DNA of 64,000 bases, taken from contig JAHWKR010000012.1 of NCBI GenBank assembly GCA_019347805.1, forward strand, positions 4,473 through 68,472, given 5' to 3'. Position 1 is the first letter of the stretch; the number at the start of each line of letters is the position of its first letter. Made by a program: the position numbers and the translations under genes. The stretch is from Methanobacteriota archaeon. GTDB lineage: Archaea; Thermoplasmatota; E2; JACPAO01; JAHWKR01. Positions 55,552-64,000 of this stretch are shown here, one piece after another. The notes below the pieces were generated by a model. It did no database searches. It was not told where the DNA came from and was given only the letters and a program-made list of their open reading frames with translations.

Positions 55552-56664
55552 ATGGCGGCGCTCCTTGCGGGACACGCGACCCCGGATGGCACCCGACGTC
55601 TTGCCGAGCGCCATGCCGCGATCCGCGACCATGGCGGCTACCGGGACCACGCCGGCCACCACCTCAGTACGGTCGGCATCGGGACCTATCTTGGTGAGAC
55701 CGACCGGGAGACCCAGGAGCGCTACGCCCGCGCCATCGCCACCGGGCTCGCAAGCGGCATCAATGTCGTCGACACGGCCATCAACTATCGCCACACGCTG
55801 AGCGAGCGCGCCGTTCGGGACGCGGTCACCGCGGGCGTGGAGGAAGGCGCCATCGCCCGCGACGAGGTCTTCGTCTCCACCAAGGGCGGCTATCTCGCCT
55901 ATGATGCCACCGTCGCCGACCCGCGCGAAGCGCTCCAGGAGATGTACTTCCGCAGTGGGATCCTCACGCCGCAGAACTTCGTCGCCAATTGCCACAGCCT
56001 CGACCCTGCCTATCTCGCCTCGGAACTCGACCGCAGCCGGCGCCACCTCGGCCTCGAGACGGTCGACCTCTACTACCTGCACAACCCGGGCACACAGGCC
56101 GCCGCGGTCGACCGTGAGGTGCTCCTCGGTCGCATCCAGGCCGCCTTCCGTATGCTCGAGGACGCCGCCGCCGACGGCAAGATCGTCTCCTACGGCCTGG
56201 CCACCTGGAACGAGTTGCGCGTTCCACCGGACGCCGACGACCACATCCCGCTCCAGACCGTCGTCGCCCTCGCCGAGGCGGCCGCCGAGGACGCCGGCCA
56301 CGACGCCCATCGCTTCCGCGCCGTGCAGGCGCCCCTCAACCTCGCCATGGCGGAGGCGATGCGGACACCCACGCAAGCGGTCGATGGAGGACCGGTGACG
56401 CTCCTTGAGGCGTGCCGACGCCTCGGGCTCGGCTTCTTCTCGTCGGCGAGCATCCTGCAGGGCCGCCTCGCCAAGGGTCTGCCCGGCGAGGTGCGGACGA
56501 AGGTGCCGGGCATCGAGGACCCGGCCATGGTCGCGCTGCAGGCGACACGCTCCGCGCCCGGACTCACCACTGCCCTTGTTGGGATGTCGCGAATCGGACA
56601 TGTCGAGTCGGCCATCGGCCTCCTCCGGGAGCATCGACCTGACGCCGACGCGGTCTGGTCGTGA
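55552..56664 (+). CDS. Aldo/keto reductase
   Basis: VGIGTYLG, DTAINY, STKGGY, DLYYLHNP, QAPLNL, ALVGMS. Confidence 0.9.
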   Translation: MAALLAGHATPDGTRRLAERHAAIRDHGGYRDHAGHHLSTVGIGTYLGETDRETQERYARAIATGLASGINVVDTAINYRHTLSERAVRDAVTAGVEEGAIARDEVFVSTKGGYLAYDATVADPREALQEMYFRSGILTPQNFVANCHSLDPAYLASELDRSRRHLGLETVDLYYLHNPGTQAAAVDREVLLGRIQAAFRMLEDAAADGKIVSYGLATWNELRVPPDADDHIPLQTVVALAEAAAEDAGHDAHRFRAVQAPLNLAMAEAMRTPTQAVDGGPVTLLEACRRLGLGFFSSASILQGRLAKGLPGEVRTKVPGIEDPAMVALQATRSAPGLTTALVGMSRIGHVESAIGLLREHRPDADAVWS

Positions 56665-56749
56665 GCCGCGGCCGTTCGCTATATGGCAATGGGTGCTGTC
56701 CCCGGGCGTGTCCTTCGCGGTGAGGTCGTAAGGGAACGGATGGAACAAG

Positions 56750-57631
56750 ATGCGCTGGCTTGTCTATGCCGCACTCGCCACCGGCATGATCCTCTTCGGC
56801 AGTGCCACACCCATCGCCCGCTTCGTCACACAGGACCTCCCACCGCTCGTCGCATCGGCCCTGCGGGTGCTCCTTGCCGCGGTACTCCTCTATCCGCTCG
56901 CCGTGCGACACGGCTTCCGCTGGAGACAGATGGACCGCGGCGACATGGTGCGCGCCGGGATCCTCGCCGCGGTCGGGATCTACGGTTTCACGGTGATGCT
57001 CGCCTACGGCATGCAACGGGTGCCGGGGGTGAGCGGCAGCATCGTCATGGGCACCACGCCGGCCGTCACCGCCATCGCGGCGGTCTGGTTCCTCGGGGAG
57101 CGGTCGACGTGGCGACGTTGGGCCGCCATCGTCTTCGCCGTCGCCGGGGTGGTCCTCATGCGCATCACAGGGACACGAGCCCATTTCGATCTCTTGGGGG
57201 TCTCTCTCGTCTTCGGTGCTGTGATGGCGGAAGCGACCTACACGTTGGTCGGCAAGCGTCTGATGGAGAGGTTCGACCCGCTCATGACGACGGCCGTCGC
57301 GACGGTCCTCTCCGTTCCGCTCTTCCTCGCGACCGCCGCCTTCCCCGCCATCGGTGTGGACTGGTCCGGCGTATCGTCCTCGGTGTGGCTCGCCGTCGCG
57401 GCGTGGGGCGCGGGGACCCTCGCACTCGGCTCCTACATCTGGTATCGGGGTGTCGACCAGGTGCCGGGCCACGTCGCCGCGCCCTTCATGGGCCTCATGC
57501 CGGTGAGCGCCCTCGTCATCTCCTACTGGCTCCTCGGCGAGGACCCGGCGTGGTGGCATGCCGTCGGGATGGGGCTCATCCTCATCGGCATCGCCCTCGT
57601 CGTCTGGGACCACCGCAAGCAGCACGGGTAA
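56750..57631 (+). CDS. DMT/EamA-family transporter
   Basis: 10 TMs in two EamA repeats; TTPAVTA..LGER, LMPVSALVISYWLLGE. Confidence 0.9.
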   Translation: MRWLVYAALATGMILFGSATPIARFVTQDLPPLVASALRVLLAAVLLYPLAVRHGFRWRQMDRGDMVRAGILAAVGIYGFTVMLAYGMQRVPGVSGSIVMGTTPAVTAIAAVWFLGERSTWRRWAAIVFAVAGVVLMRITGTRAHFDLLGVSLVFGAVMAEATYTLVGKRLMERFDPLMTTAVATVLSVPLFLATAAFPAIGVDWSGVSSSVWLAVAAWGAGTLALGSYIWYRGVDQVPGHVAAPFMGLMPVSALVISYWLLGEDPAWWHAVGMGLILIGIALVVWDHRKQHG

Positions 57632-57689
57632 GACTCCGTTCCCCCCGTTCCCCGTACGCTATATCTGGGAGGCCCCGCTTGACCCCCTC

Positions 57690-59840
57690 GTGCGACCTGT
57701 CCGCCCGGTCCCACCCCCACCCGGCACGCGGCGCGTCTGGGGCGCCTGTCCCCACGACTGTCCGGACACGTGCGCCATCGTCACCGATGTCAAGGACACC
57801 CCGAACGGTCCGGTGGCGGTGCGCATCGGCGGCGACCCGGCGCACCCGGTGACCCGCGGTGCGCTCTGCGTCAAGGTCAACAAGTATCTCGACCGCACCT
57901 ATTCCGACGAGCGCGTGCTGCATCCGATGCGCCGCGTGGGGAAGAAGGGTGAAGGCCGCTTCGAGCCGATCACGTGGGACGAAGCGTTGGGGACGGTCGC
58001 GAAGCGACTCAAGGAGACCATCGAGACGCATGGCGCCCAAAGCGTCCTGCCTTATTCCTACGCCGGCACGATGGGACTCTTGCAATACGGCTCGATGGAC
58101 CGCCGCTTCTTCCACAGGCTCGGAGCGAGCCGTCTCGACCGGACGATCTGCGCGACCGCGGGCGGCGACGCCTGGAAGATGGTGCTCGGTGCGACCGTCG
58201 GCACCGACCCGGAGGCGTTCCAGGACGCCGAGGTCATCCTGCTCTGGGGCACGAACACGATCACCTCGAACGTGCACCTCTGGCCGTTCGTCAAGGAGGC
58301 GCAAAAGAAAGGGGCCACGGTGGTCGCCATCGACCCGCGGCGGACGCACACCGCGGAACATTGTGACGAGCATGTCGCGCCGCACCCGGGCACCGACGCC
58401 GCCTTGGCCATCGGGATGATGCACGTGCTCTTCCGCGACGGGCTCGCCGACCTCGCCTACCTGGAGCGCGCGACGGTCGGATGGGAGACGCTGCGTGACC
58501 GCTGTCAAGCGTATCCACCGGAGCGGGTCGATACCATCTGTGGTCTCCCCACGGGAACCACAGAACGGCTCGCCCGGCTCTGGGGATCCACAAAGAGGGC
58601 GGTCGTCCGACTCAACTACGGCCTGCAACGTCACCATGGCGGCGGCAATGCGGTGCGCGCCATCACCTGCCTCCCCGCGGTGTCGGGGGCCTACCAGGAG
58701 CATAGTGGCGGAGCGCTCTTGTCGACGAGCGGCGCGTTCCACAATGGTCTGCGCGAGGACCTGTTGGAGCGCGAGGCGTTGGTCGACCCGAAAACGCGCA
58801 TCGTCAACATGAGCCGCTTGGGCGAGGCGCTCCTCGACCTCGTTGACCCGCCCGTCAAGGCCATCGTCGTCTACAACTCCAATCCCGCCGCCGTCGCCCC
58901 CGACCAGGAACGCGTCACAGAGGGACTCCTGCGCGAAGACCTCTTCACAGTCGTGTTGGAGCAGTTCCCCACCGACACCACCGACTACGCCGACATCGTC
59001 CTTCCTGCGACCACGCAACTGGAACACGCCGACCTGCACACCGCTTATGGCCACTACTACCTCACATGGAACGAACCCGCCATCCCGCGACGGGGAGAGG
59101 CGAAGCCGAACACCGAGATCTTCCGGCTGCTCGCAGCAAGCATGGGCCTCGACGACCCGGCCCACAAGATGAGCGACGAGGAGATGGTCGAAGAGGTGCT
59201 CGGGACCGACCATCCGTTCTTCCGAGGCATCACGCTCCAGCGGTTGAAGGAAGAGCATTGGGTGCGCCTCGCCGTCCCGGAAAAATGGGTCCCCTACAAG
59301 GATGGAAGCCCATGGAACCCGGACGGGAAGATCCACATCGCGTCCGAGAAGGCACGCGCACTCGGCCTCGACCCGGTCCCCGACTACACCCCGCCGGTGG
59401 AGATCCCCGACGGTGAAGGCCGGACGAGCCCTGAGCCGAGAAGCGGCATGTCCGATACACGCAGACCAGAAAATGGCCACTGGCCCCTCCGCTTCATCTC
59501 ACCGCCCGCCCACCACTTCCTCAACACGACCTTCATGAACGTGCTCGCCCGGCACGAACCGACCGAACCGTGGCTCGAGATCCACCCGTACGACGCCGAT
59601 GCGCGTGACATCACCGACGGCGACCGCGTGCGCGTCCACAACCATCGCGGCAATCTCCTCCTCGTCGCCCGCGTCACCGACATCGCACGACCCGGTACCG
59701 TCGTCGCCCCCTCGGTCTGGTGGCGGAAAAAGAGCCTCGACGGAAAGAACGCCAACATCCTCACCAGCGAACGGTTGACCGACATCGGACGCGGGGCGAC
59801 CTTCTATGATTGTGGGGTGGAAGTCGAGCTGGCGCGCTAG
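57690..59840 (+). CDS. Molybdopterin-dependent oxidoreductase (DMSOR family, cytoplasmic, with 4Fe-4S)
   Basis: CPHDCPDTC..RGALCVK, TICATAG, LWGTN, IDPR, PHPGTDAALA, DTTDYADIVLPATT, C-terminal binding domain; no Tat signal. Confidence 0.92.
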   Translation: MRPVRPVPPPPGTRRVWGACPHDCPDTCAIVTDVKDTPNGPVAVRIGGDPAHPVTRGALCVKVNKYLDRTYSDERVLHPMRRVGKKGEGRFEPITWDEALGTVAKRLKETIETHGAQSVLPYSYAGTMGLLQYGSMDRRFFHRLGASRLDRTICATAGGDAWKMVLGATVGTDPEAFQDAEVILLWGTNTITSNVHLWPFVKEAQKKGATVVAIDPRRTHTAEHCDEHVAPHPGTDAALAIGMMHVLFRDGLADLAYLERATVGWETLRDRCQAYPPERVDTICGLPTGTTERLARLWGSTKRAVVRLNYGLQRHHGGGNAVRAITCLPAVSGAYQEHSGGALLSTSGAFHNGLREDLLEREALVDPKTRIVNMSRLGEALLDLVDPPVKAIVVYNSNPAAVAPDQERVTEGLLREDLFTVVLEQFPTDTTDYADIVLPATTQLEHADLHTAYGHYYLTWNEPAIPRRGEAKPNTEIFRLLAASMGLDDPAHKMSDEEMVEEVLGTDHPFFRGITLQRLKEEHWVRLAVPEKWVPYKDGSPWNPDGKIHIASEKARALGLDPVPDYTPPVEIPDGEGRTSPEPRSGMSDTRRPENGHWPLRFISPPAHHFLNTTFMNVLARHEPTEPWLEIHPYDADARDITDGDRVRVHNHRGNLLLVARVTDIARPGTVVAPSVWWRKKSLDGKNANILTSERLTDIGRGATFYDCGVEVELAR

Positions 59841-60208
59841 ACCCTTTGGATCTGTTCTGCCGGCACGCCGATCCGGACGAAGTCCTTGACGTTCGCGGTC
59901 CAAAGAGAATCACCTGGACGCACGTGGCCTGCGATGAACGCATCTCGAGAGTGGGCGTTCCATACATCCTGCTCAATAAGGGCCCCGGTGTAACGGAGGG
60001 CTTCTTCCCTACCTAACGGTTCGACTTTCCAACCCAGCATCCTCACGCGGTCCAGGAACAAATCCACATCCTGGTCTCTGGCTCGGATTTGACGGACCCG
60101 TTCTGCCAGAACGATCGAGGGGAGAACGACTTCGAGCGGTCGAGCGAGGAGCGCGCTCATCGCCTCCGGGTTCCAAAGGACGTTCGTGTCCAGGACGATC
60201 CGGTTCAT
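59837..60208 (-). CDS. vapC: PIN-domain toxin (VapC-like)
   Basis: IVLDTNVL..IVLAE..DAFIAG..TANVKDF. Confidence 0.88.
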   Translation of the reverse strand: MNRIVLDTNVLWNPEAMSALLARPLEVVLPSIVLAERVRQIRARDQDVDLFLDRVRMLGWKVEPLGREEALRYTGALIEQDVWNAHSRDAFIAGHVRPGDSLWTANVKDFVRIGVPAEQIQRV

Positions 60209-60504
60209 TTGAACCGCGTCTTGGCCCCATCACCGGGGATGTAGGCCATGTCGATCAGCACTTGGCCGTAGCGCTGGTTCTTCACGAGTCGGTCGACCAT
60301 CCGAATGCCGGCCCGAATGATCTCTGATTCCGACAGGCCGAGCCATTCAGCGGCCTCGGTGACCATGGCGTCCAGTTCCGCATTGGAGCGGAACCGTTTG
60401 GTCGTGTCGTATGGCCCATCAGCCTCAGGTTCGCTGAGCCAACGGACCGGGATCCGTTTGCGCCGTTCGCTCGCCGCGCGGGCTGCCGGTTTACTTGTGG
60501 CCAC
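60205..60504 (-). CDS. Ribbon-helix-helix antitoxin (VapB-like)
   Basis: KRFRSNAELDAMVTEAAEWLGLSESEIIRAGI; ATGA-coupled upstream of the PIN gene. Confidence 0.75.
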   Translation of the reverse strand: MATSKPAARAASERRKRIPVRWLSEPEADGPYDTTKRFRSNAELDAMVTEAAEWLGLSESEIIRAGIRMVDRLVKNQRYGQVLIDMAYIPGDGAKTRFK

Positions 60505-60528
60505 AAATCTTGATTCTTGTAGCTACAA
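60495..60528. promoter_or_regulatory. Tandem palindromic operators TTGTRGCYACAA
   Basis: TTGTGGCCACAA (60495-60506) and TTGTAGCTACAA (60517-60528), both perfect 12-bp palindromes, 22 bp apart, over the antitoxin start. Confidence 0.75.
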
Positions 60529-60566
60529 TTTGAAGCTTTCGGTCTAGCGCACTCCACCTCTTCGGC

Positions 60567-61361
60567 CTACTTCGTCACGACCGCCACATGCGCCGGTGTC
60601 GCGAACGCGACCCCGTCGTCACGGACGTGCCGCGAGAGCCATGTCTGTGCCGCTTCCTGCAAGCGCGCGTATTGGGCGTCGTCGATCAGCTCGGCCAGTG
60701 TCCAGCCCTTGATGTCCGTCTCGACCCACCGTTCGAGGGACGGGAAGCGTGCGACACCGGGTACGGTCTGGATCTCGATGTTCTGTGCGCCGCCGCTGCG
60801 CAGGACCTGTCCGAAGCGATGGCGGTCGCCAAGCACGAAGGGCGCTCGCAGGGCGTCCGCGATCTCCTTGCCGAAGAGCTCGTCGAGCAGGCGGACCATG
60901 TCGTCGTATCCCGGTGACGAGGCAAGCCCGTCCCAGACGGAGACGACGAGCCGCCCGCCAGGTTTCAGTACGCGCACCATCTCCGCGATCGCCTTCGCTT
61001 GGTCTGGGAAGAACATCAGTCCGAACTGGCACGTCACCGCATCGAACTCACCCGCCCGGTAGGGCAACCTTTCGACGTCACCTTCTCGCCAGACGATGTT
61101 GTCGCTCTTCGTGCGGGCGATGTTTAACATGCCAGGATTGATGTCCAGCCCGACGACGCGACCGGACGGTCCGACCCGCCGCAGCAACTCGAGCGCCACG
61201 ACACCGGTCCCGCAGGCGGCATCGAGGACCTGGTTTCCGGGACGCACCCGGGCGACGTCCGCGACGGGCACCGCGAACTGTTGGAACAAGGCGGGGAGGA
61301 AGAACTCGTCGTAGACCTGGGCAGCACTGGCGACGACCTGCCCCTTAGTCGCTTCGTCCAT
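60567..61361 (-). CDS. Class I SAM-dependent methyltransferase (UbiE-like)
   Basis: VLDAACGTG, GLDINPGML, GDVERLP, FDAVTCQFGLMFF, LKPGG. Confidence 0.9.
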   Translation of the reverse strand: MDEATKGQVVASAAQVYDEFFLPALFQQFAVPVADVARVRPGNQVLDAACGTGVVALELLRRVGPSGRVVGLDINPGMLNIARTKSDNIVWREGDVERLPYRAGEFDAVTCQFGLMFFPDQAKAIAEMVRVLKPGGRLVVSVWDGLASSPGYDDMVRLLDELFGKEIADALRAPFVLGDRHRFGQVLRSGGAQNIEIQTVPGVARFPSLERWVETDIKGWTLAELIDDAQYARLQEAAQTWLSRHVRDDGVAFATPAHVAVVTK

Positions 61362-61483
61362 GCCGCACGTCATGCCTAGGTCTGTATTTAGCCCGTTCGT
61401 GCGCGACGAATGGCCGACGGACGAGCTCGGGTTGCCATGTGTCGTAAGGGACGGGGCGCGCCGTCGACCTTGGAGCCGAAGGT

Positions 61484-61840
61484 TCATTCGGTGGCGGGAT
61501 CGCCCGCCTCCAGCGCCGTGTGCAGTTCCGATACAGCATCATGGACCGCCGGGAGCTCTTGTTCCACCACGTTCCAGACGATGTTCAGGTCGACGCCGGC
61601 GTAGTCATGGATCAGCTTGTCCCGCATCCCGGCCATGTCGGACCATGGAAGAGCGGGATGTTGGGCGCGGGCTGCGTGGGATAGTCCTTTCGTCGCCTCC
61701 CCAATGATCTCCAAGTTGCGGATCACGGCGTCCTGAGTCTTGCGGTCATTCTTGAACGAATCCTCGCCTTCTGAAGTGAATTCGGAGATCCGTTCGATCG
61801 CGTCGAGGACATCACGCAGGAGAAGACGGTCGTCACTCAA
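61484..61840 (-). CDS. hepT: HEPN (DUF86/HepT) ribonuclease toxin
   Basis: DAVIRNLEIIGEA..GMRDKLIHDY (RX4H). Confidence 0.9.
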   Translation of the reverse strand: MSDDRLLLRDVLDAIERISEFTSEGEDSFKNDRKTQDAVIRNLEIIGEATKGLSHAARAQHPALPWSDMAGMRDKLIHDYAGVDLNIVWNVVEQELPAVHDAVSELHTALEAGDPATE

Positions 61841-62124
61841 AACGACACGGCCTCATCGAGGATGCGATCTCTTGCCCACGATTTGAGACCCGCCTCGGAA
61901 ATGACCTGGACCTTCTGGCCGAGCATCTCCTGCAAGTCCCGTTCGAGAGCGATGAGGTCGAACAATGTGGCATCCGGTTCCATCCGGACGACGAGGTCGA
62001 TGTCGCTTCGAGGGCCTGCCTCTCCGCGGGCGACCGATCCGAAGACGCGGACGTTGCGGGCCTTATGGCGGGCGGCCACCTTCAGGATGTCGTCCCTCCG
62101 TTCACGCAAGATGTCGGCGTTCAT
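61837..62124 (-). CDS. mntA: Minimal nucleotidyltransferase (MntA) antitoxin
   Basis: FGSVARGEAGPRSDIDLVV; overlaps the HEPN start; TTTTTATAAA TATA at about 62153-62163. Confidence 0.9.
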   Translation of the reverse strand: MNADILRERRDDILKVAARHKARNVRVFGSVARGEAGPRSDIDLVVRMEPDATLFDLIALERDLQEMLGQKVQVISEAGLKSWARDRILDEAVSF

Positions 62125-62191
62125 CCTAGGCAGGCATGACTGGCCATGCAGCTTTATAAAAACTGCTGGACCAGGACAGCCACGACCGTTC

Positions 62192-64000
<1,809 letters not shown>

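Noticed and set aside
54277-56748. 823-aa minus-strand ORF, and similar long antisense ORFs (7007-8704, 11005-12285, 17187-18551, 48009-49655, 57582-59480)
   Set aside because: They mirror well-supported genes on the other strand and have R/G/A/V-biased nonsense composition.
57690-59840. Selenocysteine or stop-codon read-through in the molybdoenzyme
   Set aside because: ORF is uninterrupted and has Cys at the candidate ligand position.

Overview
High-GC archaeal chromosomal window. Evidence for an archaeon: egsA, carS, aIF2-gamma, rps6e, Cbf5, Dph6, archaeal-type ProRS, TrmB regulators and archaeal class III pilins. An uncultured Thermoplasmatota-like lineage is my inference only. About 60 CDS are supported, mostly housekeeping genes for lipid, translation, tRNA modification, thiamine, NAD and central metabolism. 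Accessory blocks are a low-GC orphan membrane gene (776-1954), a low-GC restriction-modification pair (28.5-30.9 kb) and a toxin-antitoxin islet (59.8-62.1 kb). I found no rRNA, tRNA, CRISPR array or transposase. Many ORF-track starts are over-extended; several true starts appear to be leaderless GTG/ATG about 27 nt downstream of a TATA box. Most interesting candidates: (1) a LolC/E-like permease and LolD-like ATPase expressed head-to-head from one shared AT core, abutting a lipoprotein with possible LolA/DUF3108-like fold, in a window rich in lipobox proteins; (2) an nadE-linked operon with a nucleoside deoxyribosyltransferase fused to a MazG-like domain plus a HAD 5'-nucleotidase; (3) a membrane-spanning double-wHTH regulator divergent from two lipoproteins; (4) two G-quadruplex/hairpin elements with the same architecture; (5) tandem palindromic operators at a VapBC locus; (6) an intact plus degenerate DUF63 pair. 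All functional assignments come from motif recognition by eye, not from database searches.
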